Below are positions 8,582 through 20,560 of a DNA stretch of 64,000 nucleotides, piece by piece. The stretch's first letter is position 1, and each line of letters begins with the position of its first letter. The DNA is from Chloroflexota bacterium (GTDB lineage: Bacteria; Chloroflexota; Dormibacteria; Aeolococcales; Aeolococcaceae): NCBI GenBank assembly GCA_005880985.1, contig VBIQ01000009.1, positions 29,025-93,024 of the forward strand, in the 5' to 3' direction. The notes beneath the pieces are model-generated. The model was not told the DNA's origin and did not search any database. It saw only the letters and a program-made list of their open reading frames with translations. Position numbers and translations under genes: made by a program.

Positions 8582-9241
8582 GTGTGGTGGGCGCGGCTGG
8601 TGGAGCCGGCGCGGTTGCTGCTCGACGCCCTGGCGCCGCGCCAGTGCGCCGGGTGCCGGGTGGCGTCTCCGGACGTCCTCTGCGAGCCCTGTCTGGAGCT
8701 GGCCCTGGCGCTGCCGCTGCCGCCTGCCGAGCGCTGGCGCTGGGGCCAGACGTGGTCGGCCTTCCCCTTCCAGACGCCCATCCGCGGCCTGGTCCACGCC
8801 GCCAAGTACCAGGGCCGCCGGCCGGCGGCGCGCGTGCTCGCCGCTCTCACCGCCGAGCGCCTGGTGACGCAGGGGCTTCCGCCGCCGGCGGCGGTGGTCC
8901 CGGTGGCCCTGGCGCGGCGGCGCCGGCGGGCCCGCGGCTACAACCAGGTCGAGCCCGGCGCCCGCGCCCTCGCCGCCCTGGCCGCCGCGCCGCTGCTGGA
9001 CGGCCTGCGGCGCGTCCGCGAGACCGCTCCCCAGGTCGGCCGCTCGCTGCCGGACCGCCGCCGCAATGTGGCGGGCGCCTTCGCCTGGTCGGGTCCGCCG
9101 CTGACCGGGACGGTGTGGCTGGTGGACGACGTGGTCACCACCGGGGCCACCCTGGAGGCCGCCGCCACCGTTCTGCAACGGGCCGGTGCCGGTCGTATCG
9201 ATGCCGTCGCGACGGCGCGGGCTTGGCGCGGCCGGGGCTGA
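8582..9241 (+). CDS. comF: ComF-family phosphoribosyltransferase-fold protein (ComFC-like)
   Basis: 219 aa. N-terminal Cys pairs 'CAGCRV...LCEPC'; C-terminal PRTase motif 'VWLVDDVVTTGATL'. GTG start. Confidence 0.8.
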   Translation: MWWARLVEPARLLLDALAPRQCAGCRVASPDVLCEPCLELALALPLPPAERWRWGQTWSAFPFQTPIRGLVHAAKYQGRRPAARVLAALTAERLVTQGLPPPAAVVPVALARRRRRARGYNQVEPGARALAALAAAPLLDGLRRVRETAPQVGRSLPDRRRNVAGAFAWSGPPLTGTVWLVDDVVTTGATLEAAATVLQRAGAGRIDAVATARAWRGRG

Positions 9242-9304
9242 GAATCGCGGGTACCAAGCAGGCAGTCCGCCGTCGCGCGCGCTTGGCGGCGAGGAGTTGA
9301 CATC

Positions 9305-10459
9305 GTGAGCGTGGTCACCAGCACCAAGTCAGCCGAGGAGATGTCCCGGTATCTCGACGCCCTCGGACCGCTTCGCCCCCTGGTGGAGGACGACAGCCTG
9401 ACCGAGATCATGGTCAACGGCCCCGACATGGTGTACGTCGAGCGGGCCGGCAAGATCCTCCTCACCGACGTGCGGTTCGATGACGAGAACCACCTGCTCC
9501 GGGTGATCGACCTGATCGTCGCCGCCGTCGGCCGGCGCATCGACCACCGCACTCCGCTGTGCGATGCTCGCCTGCTCGACGGATCGCGCGTCAATGCGGT
9601 GATCCCGCCGATCTCCCTCGACGGCCCCACCCTCACCGTCCGCAAGTTCTCCAAGGATCCCTATCAGGTGTCCGACCTGATCGCCTTCGGTACCCTCACC
9701 GAGGAGGCGGCGGCCTTCGTCCGCGCCTGCGTCCTCGCCCGCGCCAACATCCTGATCAGCGGCGGCACCGGTACCGGCAAGACGACGCTGCTCAACGTGT
9801 GCTCGAGCTTCATCCCCGTCGACGAACGGATCGTGACCATCGAGGACGCCGCCGAGCTGCAGCTCCACCAGGAGCATGTCTGCCGCCTGGAGGCGCGCCC
9901 CCCCGACCTCAACGGGGATGGGCGCATCGCCATCCGCGACCTGGTGATCAACTCGCTCCGCATGCGCCCCGACCGGATCGTCGTCGGCGAGTGCCGCGGC
10001 GGTGAGGCGCTCGACATGTTGCAGGCGATGAACACCGGTCACGACGGCTCGCTGACCACCATCCACGCCAACAACCCGCGTGACTGCCTCTCGCGACTGG
10101 AGACGCTGGTGCTGATGGCGGGGATGGACCTGCCCGCCAAGGCGATCCGTCAGCAGGTCTCCTCGGCCCTCGACCTCATCGTGCAGCTGTCGCGCATGAA
10201 GGACGGCTCGCGCAAGATCACCTCCGTCACCGAGATCATCGGCATGGAGGGCGACACGATCACCATGCAGGACATCTTCGTCTACAAGCCCAAGGGCGCC
10301 GATCCGGTGACCGGAAAGATCGTCGGCGACTTCGAACCCACCGGCATCCGTCCCCAGATCATCAGCCGGCTGTTCGACATGGGCATCCCCTTGCCCGAGA
10401 AGCTGGCCCAACTCTTCCCCGACCGGCGCACCACGCCGATGGCGCTGCCGCGGCGCTGA
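9305..10459 (+). CDS. Second, shorter CpaF/TadA-family ATPase (orphan paralog)
   Basis: 384 aa. Walker A 'SGGTGTGKTT', 'VGECRGGEALDMLQAMNTGHDGSLTTIHAN'. Lacks the ~130-aa N-terminal extension of cpaF. No adjacent tadB/tadC. Confidence 0.9.
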   Translation: MSVVTSTKSAEEMSRYLDALGPLRPLVEDDSLTEIMVNGPDMVYVERAGKILLTDVRFDDENHLLRVIDLIVAAVGRRIDHRTPLCDARLLDGSRVNAVIPPISLDGPTLTVRKFSKDPYQVSDLIAFGTLTEEAAAFVRACVLARANILISGGTGTGKTTLLNVCSSFIPVDERIVTIEDAAELQLHQEHVCRLEARPPDLNGDGRIAIRDLVINSLRMRPDRIVVGECRGGEALDMLQAMNTGHDGSLTTIHANNPRDCLSRLETLVLMAGMDLPAKAIRQQVSSALDLIVQLSRMKDGSRKITSVTEIIGMEGDTITMQDIFVYKPKGADPVTGKIVGDFEPTGIRPQIISRLFDMGIPLPEKLAQLFPDRRTTPMALPRR

Positions 10460-10534
10460 GACGGCCCGGCAGCACCCACGCGCTGAGGTGAGCCGGCGAA
10501 CCGGGGGGCGCAGACCCGGTCGCGACCGGCGGCG

Positions 10535-11950
10535 ATGAGCACCGCCGCGCTGCCCGCCGCCCCGGCATCGCAGCGGCGGGCGGCGCTGCCGCCGCGGCGG
10601 TTGACGCTGCTGCTGATGGTCGGAGCCATCGCCGGCTTCGCCGCCTTCGCGCTGCCGCACTTCCTGCCGGCACAGCCCTACGGACTCGCCGACGACTACC
10701 GCGTCTTCTACGCGGCGTCGCGGGTGCTCGCCCACGGTGGCAATCCCTTCGACCCCGCCACCATCCATGCCGCCGAGCAGTCGGCCGACTTCTACCCGCA
10801 GGTGCAGCCCAGCCTCGACGACTACGTCAACCTGCCGGTGGTGGCGTGGGCGATGCGACCACTGACGGCGCTCCCCTTCTGGGCCAGCTACGCGGTCTTC
10901 ACCGCCGCCGGCGTGGCCGCACTGCTGGGCGCCATCGCGATGCTCGCCCGCGACCTCGGGTGGCGGCGTCGCGCGCCGCTGCTGCTGCTGCTGGTGCCGC
11001 TCAGCTGGGTCTCGCTGCTCGGCTTTCTCAGCGGGCAGTTCGACGCCCTGCTGCTCGCCGGGCTGGTGCTGTCGCTCCGCCTGGCGATCCGCCACCGCCC
11101 CGCCGCCGCCGGCGCGCTGAGCGCTCTGGTCTGGGTCAAGCCCGACCTGACCTGGCCGGTGGTACCGCTGCTGGCGCTGGCGCTGTGGCCGGATGTCCGC
11201 GCCGCCCTCCGCCTGCTGACCGGCTTCGCCGCCGCCTCGGCGGGCTTGCTGCTGCTGCAACTCGCCACCACCGCCTCCCTGCTGCCCGCCTGGTGGCACC
11301 ACCTGACCCTGTTCGCCGGGCGCGTCGACCGGGTCCAGCCCGATCTCGCCGGCCTTACCAGCCTGCTGCGGGCGCTGCCGGGGGGCGCCGGGGGTGGGCT
11401 GACCGGCGGGCGCACCCTCGCGCTGGTCGCGGCCGGGCTGGCGCTGGCCACCGCCATCGCCCTGCGGTCGGCGCGCGCGGCGGCACGCGGCGCGGCGCCG
11501 GAGCCTCGCCACCTGGTCGCCGCCGTCTGCGTTCCCCTGGCACTGTGGCTGCTGGTCGCCCCGTACGCCCATCCCAACGACGACCTCCTGCTGCTGCCGG
11601 TGGTGCTGCTGGTGCTGGGTCCCGATGCCGCCCGCCTCGACGGCGCCGGCCTGCGCTGGGCCGTGCTTCTCACCTGCGCCGCGGCGCTGGTCTGGCCGAT
11701 CGGCCTACTCCCGGTCGCGGTCGCCCCGTTGCTGCTCGCTGTTGCCGTCGCCGGTGTGGTGGCGGGCCGGCGCTCGCCGGGCCTGGCCGGGTTCGGGACC
11801 GCGGTCGCGGTACTGGCGATGGTGCTGCTTCCCGCGGTGTGGCCCTTCCACGTTCTCGCCTACAGCCTCACGCCGGCGGCGGTTCTGCTGCTGTGCGCCG
11901 AGGCGGTGATCCGTCCAACCGCCGGTGGGTCCGCAGCCGCGCTCCTATAA
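10535..11950 (+). CDS. Polytopic membrane protein, GT-C fold / DUF2029 (GT87-like) glycosyltransferase candidate
   Basis: 471 aa with >10 predicted TM helices. First-loop motif 'LADDYRVFYAASRVLAHGGNPFD' resembles the Dx(D)xY loop of polyprenyl-phosphate-sugar-dependent GT-C enzymes. Confidence 0.6.
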   Translation: MSTAALPAAPASQRRAALPPRRLTLLLMVGAIAGFAAFALPHFLPAQPYGLADDYRVFYAASRVLAHGGNPFDPATIHAAEQSADFYPQVQPSLDDYVNLPVVAWAMRPLTALPFWASYAVFTAAGVAALLGAIAMLARDLGWRRRAPLLLLLVPLSWVSLLGFLSGQFDALLLAGLVLSLRLAIRHRPAAAGALSALVWVKPDLTWPVVPLLALALWPDVRAALRLLTGFAAASAGLLLLQLATTASLLPAWWHHLTLFAGRVDRVQPDLAGLTSLLRALPGGAGGGLTGGRTLALVAAGLALATAIALRSARAAARGAAPEPRHLVAAVCVPLALWLLVAPYAHPNDDLLLLPVVLLVLGPDAARLDGAGLRWAVLLTCAAALVWPIGLLPVAVAPLLLAVAVAGVVAGRRSPGLAGFGTAVAVLAMVLLPAVWPFHVLAYSLTPAAVLLLCAEAVIRPTAGGSAAALL

Positions 11951-11987
11951 TCGCGGTACGGCGTACCCCCATCAGGAGGGAGATGCC

Positions 11988-12548
11988 ATGCGCGTCGCCG
12001 TCAGCTCTCGCGGGCGGATCGATCAGCAGCTGCGCAGCTATGCGGAGACCAAACTGGCCCGCATCGAACGCCACGCCATCGCTCTCCACGAGGTGCGGCT
12101 GCAGCTCGAGGAGGACGCGGGGTGCAGCCCGCCGTTCAGCGCCGAGGCGGTCGCTCACCTGCAGCACACACGGCTGGCGGCGCGGTCGCAGGCGGCCAGC
12201 ATGCGCGAGGCGATCGACCGCGTCGTCGACAAGCTCTCGCGGCAGATCGAGCGCCGCAAGGAGCGGGTCGTCGAGCACAAGGGCCACGCCGCCGCCCACT
12301 CCACGCCGGAGGAGCCGGGTCCGCGCCGCGCCGAGGGCGGCAACGGGGCCAGGACCCCGAGCCGGGCCAGCCACTCGGCGCTGAGCCGCCGCCACCTCCG
12401 CCTGCGGCCGATGCCGGTGGAGGAGGCGGTCGCCGAGATGGAGACTCGCGCCGAGCCCTGGTTCCTGTTCCTCGACGACGAGGGCGCGGTCAGCCTGCTC
12501 GTCCGCCGCGCGGGCGAGCTCGAACTGGTGGTCGCCGACTTCCGCTGA
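11988..12548 (+). CDS. hpf: Ribosome hibernation promoting factor, long form
   Basis: SD aggaggga lies 8 nt before the ATG. '[29 protein letters not shown]' is a sigma54-modulation/RaiA fold, with a C-terminal dimerisation-type tail '[12 protein letters not shown]...WFLFLDDEG'. Confidence 0.85.
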   Translation: MRVAVSSRGRIDQQLRSYAETKLARIERHAIALHEVRLQLEEDAGCSPPFSAEAVAHLQHTRLAARSQAASMREAIDRVVDKLSRQIERRKERVVEHKGHAAAHSTPEEPGPRRAEGGNGARTPSRASHSALSRRHLRLRPMPVEEAVAEMETRAEPWFLFLDDEGAVSLLVRRAGELELVVADFR

Positions 12549-12607
12549 GGCCCTCGACGGCGGCGATCCCACCCACCGCTGCGGCCGGTTTGCGGGATCA
12601 TGGACCC

Positions 12608-15544
<2,937 letters not shown>

Positions 15545-15858
15545 GGCGACGGGACTGCTTGGCACCGGGGCCGGGCGCGGCACACCCTTGCGCTCAACCC
15601 GCGGTTCTGACGCCTGTGGCGTCGGCCCGCTGCGCTCGGCTCGCTCGCTCGCCTGCGCGTCCGGTTCGCTCCGGAGCATGCCCCCGCCGCCGGTGCGATG
15701 CGCGGTGTGTCCCTTGTCGCTCATCCGCGGGTCGCCCCGTGCTTCGCAAGGCCAAGGGTGATTGCGCCCGAGCAGCCCTGCTCCCTTCGCAAACGCGCGC
15801 CACGGGGCTCCGGCGGCGATGCTTTTAGCCGCCTGGTGGACGCGGTAGCATCATTGGT

Positions 15859-16969
15859 ATGAGCGAGCTCAGTGCCCGGACCGAGGACGTGTATCTCAAG
15901 GTGACGCAGCTCCGGGAGCATCTTTGACCTCCCTGGACGGCGTGCCCGGCTCGAGGCGCTCGACAAGGAGATCGCCGATCCCTCGCTCTGGGACGACCCC
16001 CGCCGCGCCGGGCGGCTGACCCAGGAGGCGTCGCGGATCCGCGACGAGCTGGCCACCTGGGAGGGGCTCGGGCGGCGCGCCGGCGACGCCCGCGACCTCG
16101 CCGAGCTGCTCGACGCCGAGCCCGATCCGGCGGTGGAGGCGGAGGTGTCGGCGGAGCTCGATGCGCTCGCGGCCGAGCTCGAGCGCCGCGAGCTCGACCT
16201 CCTGTATACCGACCCCTACTCCGACAATCCCGCCCTGCTCAGCGTCCACGCCGGTGCCGGCGGCACCGATTCGCAGGACTGGGCGGAGATGCTGCTGCGG
16301 ATGTACCTGCGGTGGGCCGAGCAGAACCGCATGCCGGTCGACTTCATCGAGGAGTCGGCGGGAGAGGAGGCGGGCATCAAGTCGGCCACCATCCGCATCG
16401 CCGGCGACCGCGCCTTCGGCCGGCTTCGTTCCGAGCGCGGTGTCCACCGGCTGGTGCGACTGAGCCCCTTCGACAGCGCCCATCGCCGTCACACCTCGTT
16501 CGCCCTGGTCGAGGTGAGCCCCGAGGTCGAAGATGAGGTCGATCTCGACATCAACCCCGATGACGTGCGGGTCGACGTCTTCCGCAGCAGCGGGGCCGGC
16601 GGTCAGCACGTCAACAAGACCAGCTCCGCGGTGCGCCTCACCCACATTCCCACCGGGATCGTGGTCACCTGTCAGAACGAGCGCAGCCAGCAGCAGAACC
16701 GCGACGTCGCCTGGCGGGTGCTGCGCTCGCGGTTGCTGGCGCTCAAGCAGGCGGCTCACGCCGAACACCTGGCCGAGCTCAAGGGCGATTCGATGCCGGC
16801 CGAGTGGGGGAGCCAGATCCGCTCCTACGTGCTCCATCCATACACCATGGTCAAGGACCACCGCACCGGGGTCGAGGTGGGCAATGCCCAAGCCGTCCTC
16901 GACGGTGCCATCGACCCCTTCATCGACGGCTACCTGCGCTGGGCGGCTCGCGAGGAAGCCGCCGCCTGA
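15859..16969 (+). CDS. prfB: Peptide chain release factor 2, requires programmed +1 frameshift at CTT TGA C (15922-15928)
   Basis: Frame 0 reads ATG 15859 ...'LREHL' then TGA at 15925-15927, with the internal SD-like gggag just upstream. The +1 frame from 15926 continues 'DLPGRRARLEALDKEIADPSLWDD...' into the 16133 ORF, which carries the 'SPF' and 'GGQHVN' motifs. Confidence 0.92.
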
Positions 16970-16981
16970 CGGCGATCCGCG

Positions 16982-17341
16982 ATGCACGTCACCATCGTCC
17001 TCGACTGCAGCGACCCCGAGCGGCTGGCCCATTTCTGGACCTCGGCGATCGGCTACCGGCGCGAGGCGTACAAGCCGCCGTATCTGAGCCTGCTGCCGCC
17101 GAAGCAGGATGGGTCCCCCGAGCTGATCCTGCAGCGCGTGGCCGAACCGAAGGCCGGCAAGAACCGCATGCACATCGACCTCCACACCATCGATGTCGAC
17201 GCCGAGTGCGACCGGCTGATGGCGCTGGGGGCGATCCGGGTCGGCGACGAGATCGTCGAGGGCGGCTTCCGCTGGTACGTGCTGGCGGATCCGGAGGGCA
17301 ACGAGTTCTGCGTCATCGGCCGCGCCAGCGAGGGCGCGTAG
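16982..17341 (+). CDS. VOC/glyoxalase-fold family protein
   Basis: 119 aa; 'FW..A.GY....' and 'HIDL...D.D....L.ALGA' ... 'W.VLADPEGNEFCV'. Confidence 0.7.
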   Translation: MHVTIVLDCSDPERLAHFWTSAIGYRREAYKPPYLSLLPPKQDGSPELILQRVAEPKAGKNRMHIDLHTIDVDAECDRLMALGAIRVGDEIVEGGFRWYVLADPEGNEFCVIGRASEGA

Positions 17342-17370
17342 CCGGTGCAGCAAATCCAGGGAGGAGAGCG

Positions 17371-18909
17371 ATGAGTGTCGGTACCGTGGTCAAGGCAGGC
17401 AGGGCCGCTCGCATCCAGCCCTTCGACATGGCCGGGGTCGAGCGCCATCGCGACGGCATCCTCCGCTACGCGAACCGCCCGGCGTCGCTCGTCGCCATGT
17501 TGCGGCGCAGTGTCGAGAGCGTTCCCGGCGAGGAGGCGATCGTCGAGCTCGGTGGCGAGCGGATCACCTACCAGCAGCTCTGGGATCGTGCCACCAGGGT
17601 CGCCGGAGGACTTCGCGACCAGGGAATCCGCCGCGGTGACCGCGTCGCCCTCGAGCTCGGCAACGGCCTCGACTGGTGCGTCGCCTTCTTCGCCATCCTG
17701 ATGGCGGGCGGGGTGGTCGTTCCGGTCAACACCCGCTTCGCTCCGCCCGAGATCGAGTACGTCCTCGGCGACTCCGGTGCCGCCTACTCGTTCCGTCCCG
17801 GGATCCCGCTCCCCGACGGTGATCCGCTCGCGGTCGATGCGAGCCCGAGTGACCTCGCCGCCATCTTCTACACCAGCGGCACCACCGGCTTTCCCAAGGG
17901 AGCGATGCTCACCCACGCGTGCTTCCTCTCCAACACCGAGACCTGCCGCCGGGTCGCCGAGCTGCCCGACGAGGGTGGCCTGCGCAACCTCGTGTCCGTG
18001 CCCCTCTTCCACGTCACCGGCTGCAACAGCCAGCTGCTGCCGACTCTGGAGCTGCGCGGCACCACCGTGATCATGCCCGCCTTCGAGGTGCAGGCCTTCA
18101 TCCGCGCCGCTCAGGACGAGCACATCGACATCCTCACCTCGGTGCCGGCGGTGTTCTGGCTGGCGACGACCCAGCCGAACTTCAAGGACCACGACTGGCG
18201 CGGGGTGCGCTGGGTGACCTACGGCGGCGCGCCCTGCCCGCCCGAGCTCATCCGCCGCATGCGCGAAGGCTTTCCCAACGCCATGCTCGGCAACGGGTTC
18301 GGTCTCACCGAGACCTCGTCGGTGGCGACCTTCCTCCCCGATCGCTACTGTGAGGTGCGACCCGAGACGGTCGGCTTCGGCGCCCCGGTGGTGGAGCTCG
18401 ACCTCGCGGCCGAGGATCCCGGCAGCCGTGTCGGCGAGCTGCTGGTGCGCGCCCCCAACGTGGTGGCCGGGTACTGGAACAAGCCGGAGGCGACGGCCGA
18501 GACCTTCGTCGGTGGCTGGCTGCACACGGGCGACCTCGCCCGCCTCGACGAGGACGGCTTCTGCCAGATCGTCGACCGCATCAAGGACATGATCAACCGC
18601 GGCGGCGAGAACGTGTACAGCGTCGAGGTCGAGAACGCGCTGATGGAGCACCCGGCGGTGTTCGAGGTCGCCGTTCTCGCGGTACCGGACGCGATGATGG
18701 GGGAGAAGGTCGGTGCGGTGGTGGTCCCGACCCCGGGGGCTCAGCTCGATCCCGGCGAGCTGGCCGGCTTCGCGCGCGAACGGCTGGCCGATTTCAAAGT
18801 TCCGCAGTTCGTCAGCGTGCGCACCGCGCCGCTGCCGCGCAACCCGGGGGGCAAGGTGCTGAAGCCCGCGCTGCGTCAGGAGACCGACTGGGGCCGCCCG
18901 GTCTGGTAG
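17371..18909 (+). CDS. AMP-dependent acyl-CoA synthetase/ligase
   Basis: Start at 'MSVGTVVKAG' after ggaggagag. AMP-binding motif 'IFYTSGTTGFPKGAML', 'GWLHTGDLARLDEDGF', 'KDMINRGGENV'. Confidence 0.9.
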   Translation: MSVGTVVKAGRAARIQPFDMAGVERHRDGILRYANRPASLVAMLRRSVESVPGEEAIVELGGERITYQQLWDRATRVAGGLRDQGIRRGDRVALELGNGLDWCVAFFAILMAGGVVVPVNTRFAPPEIEYVLGDSGAAYSFRPGIPLPDGDPLAVDASPSDLAAIFYTSGTTGFPKGAMLTHACFLSNTETCRRVAELPDEGGLRNLVSVPLFHVTGCNSQLLPTLELRGTTVIMPAFEVQAFIRAAQDEHIDILTSVPAVFWLATTQPNFKDHDWRGVRWVTYGGAPCPPELIRRMREGFPNAMLGNGFGLTETSSVATFLPDRYCEVRPETVGFGAPVVELDLAAEDPGSRVGELLVRAPNVVAGYWNKPEATAETFVGGWLHTGDLARLDEDGFCQIVDRIKDMINRGGENVYSVEVENALMEHPAVFEVAVLAVPDAMMGEKVGAVVVPTPGAQLDPGELAGFARERLADFKVPQFVSVRTAPLPRNPGGKVLKPALRQETDWGRPVW

Positions 18910-18955
18910 GCGGGTGGGCTACCGTTAGGCACCCCACCGACGCGAGGTCACCGCC

Positions 18956-19747
18956 ATGCGGATCGACGGTTGCCGAACCCTGCTCACCGGAGCCACCGGC
19001 GGCCTCGGCCAGGCCATGGCCCGGGCGCTCGCCGCCCGGGGCGCCCGGCTGGTCCTCACCGGGCGCCGCGCCGAGGTGCTCGAGCCCCTGGCCCACGACC
19101 TCGGCGCCGAGGCGCTCAGCGTCGACCTGGCCGACCGCGCCGCCCTCGACCAGCTGCTGGCGCGGTGCGACGGCGTCGACATCCTGGTCGCCAATGCCGC
19201 CCTTCCCGGGACCGGACGGCTCGACGAGCTGACCGCCGCGCAGGTCGACCGCGTGCTCGACGTCAACCTGCGCGCCCCCATCAAGCTGGCCCACAGCCTC
19301 GCCGCGCCGATGCGGCGGCGCGGTAGCGGCCATCTCCTGTTCGTCTCGTCGGTGTCGGGGCTCACCGCATCACCGCAGGCGTCGATGTACTGCGCCACCA
19401 AGTTCGGTCTGCGCGGGTTTGCCCTGGCGCTCCGGGAGGAGCTGCGCGAGAGCGGTGTCGGCGTGTCGGTGATCTATCCCGGCCCGATCCGCGAGTCGGG
19501 GATGTTCGCCGACACCGGCATCCAGCTGCCGCCGATGGTGGGCACCAACTCGCCGCAGGAGGTCGCCGCCGCGGTGGTCTCCGCCATCGAGCGCAACCGT
19601 GGCGAGATCACCGTCGCCCCACCGCTGATGCGTGCCGGCATCCCGCTCGCCAAGCTGGCGCCCCGGGTCAGTGCCGGAGTGCAGCGGATGTTCGGAGGTG
19701 ATCGGATCTCCGCCGAGCTGGCGCGAGCGCAGCGCCACAAGAACTGA
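18956..19747 (+). CDS. SDR family oxidoreductase
   Basis: 'LLTGATGGLGQAMA', 'YCATK' catalytic motif. Confidence 0.85.
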   Translation: MRIDGCRTLLTGATGGLGQAMARALAARGARLVLTGRRAEVLEPLAHDLGAEALSVDLADRAALDQLLARCDGVDILVANAALPGTGRLDELTAAQVDRVLDVNLRAPIKLAHSLAAPMRRRGSGHLLFVSSVSGLTASPQASMYCATKFGLRGFALALREELRESGVGVSVIYPGPIRESGMFADTGIQLPPMVGTNSPQEVAAAVVSAIERNRGEITVAPPLMRAGIPLAKLAPRVSAGVQRMFGGDRISAELARAQRHKN

Positions 19748-19752
19748 CGCGC

Positions 19753-20541
19753 ATGGCCTCGACCTCGGTGAGCGGCGGTCTGCAGCAGGCGACGGCGGAG
19801 CTGGAGGAGAACGGGTACTGCCTGCTCCGCGACGCCCTCGACCGCGACCGCCTGGGCGCCGTCCGGCAACGGGTGGTCGAGGTCGCCGCCGCGGAGATCG
19901 CTGACGGCACCGACTACGTCTACGAGGGAGGCTCCAACCAACGCGTCTGGACTCTGCTCAACAAGGGTGACGTGTTCGTCGACCTCGCCCTGGAGCCGCG
20001 GATCCTCGAGGTGATGGAGCAGCTGCTCGGCAGCGGTTTCCTGCTCTCCAACATCGACGCCAACATCGCCGGCCCCGGCGGCAAGCCGATGTTCCTGCAC
20101 GCCGATCAGAGCTATGTCCCCGCCCCATGGCCGTGGCCGTTCCCGCTGGTCGCCAACGTCATGTGGATGCTCGACGACTTCACTCCCGAGAACGGCGCCA
20201 CCCGCATCGTCCCCGGCAGCCACAAGCTCGGCCACGGACCCGATCACGCGGCGGGCATGCCGGAGTCGGTTCCCGTCTGCGGTCCTGCCGGCACGGCGAT
20301 GATCTTCGACGGCCGCCTCTGGCATCAGACGGGCGCCAACGTGACCGAGGGCGAACGCCGCCACGGCATCCTCGCCTACTACTGCCGGCCCTTCATGCGC
20401 TCCCAGGAGAACTGGTCGTTGTCGCTGCGCCCCGAGGTGCTGGCATCGGCGCCGCCGCGGCTGCGCCGGCTGCTCGGCTACGAGATCTACCTCTCGCTCG
20501 GCATGATCGACGGCATGCCACGCAAGGGGCCGCGCTTCTGA
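19753..20541 (+). CDS. Phytanoyl-CoA dioxygenase (PhyH) family Fe(II)/2-oxoglutarate oxygenase
   Basis: 262 aa; 'LHADQ' (HxD), 'ENGATRIVPGSH', 'LWHQTGAN'. Confidence 0.8.
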   Translation: MASTSVSGGLQQATAELEENGYCLLRDALDRDRLGAVRQRVVEVAAAEIADGTDYVYEGGSNQRVWTLLNKGDVFVDLALEPRILEVMEQLLGSGFLLSNIDANIAGPGGKPMFLHADQSYVPAPWPWPFPLVANVMWMLDDFTPENGATRIVPGSHKLGHGPDHAAGMPESVPVCGPAGTAMIFDGRLWHQTGANVTEGERRHGILAYYCRPFMRSQENWSLSLRPEVLASAPPRLRRLLGYEIYLSLGMIDGMPRKGPRF

Positions 20542-20560
20542 CCGGCAGGGGAGAACCATC

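Noticed and set aside
8582-9241. ComF next to the Tad genes as evidence for Flp-pilus-dependent natural competence, as reported for Micrococcus luteus.
   Set aside because: comF-hpf-secA adjacency is an ancient conserved synteny. ComF's presence here is explained without any functional link to the pilus locus, and no comEA/comEC/dprA genes are in the window. Kept only as context for the TadA2 finding.
12122-12607. N-terminal extensions of secA (from 12122), the acyl-CoA ligase (from 16804), ftsE (from 31458), ftsX (from 32300), lipA (from 43632), the LLM oxidoreductase (from 47461) and pruA (to 45167).
   Set aside because: The extensions overlap upstream genes or are Arg/Pro-rich junk. Conserved N-termini and SD sequences support the internal starts given in the feature table.
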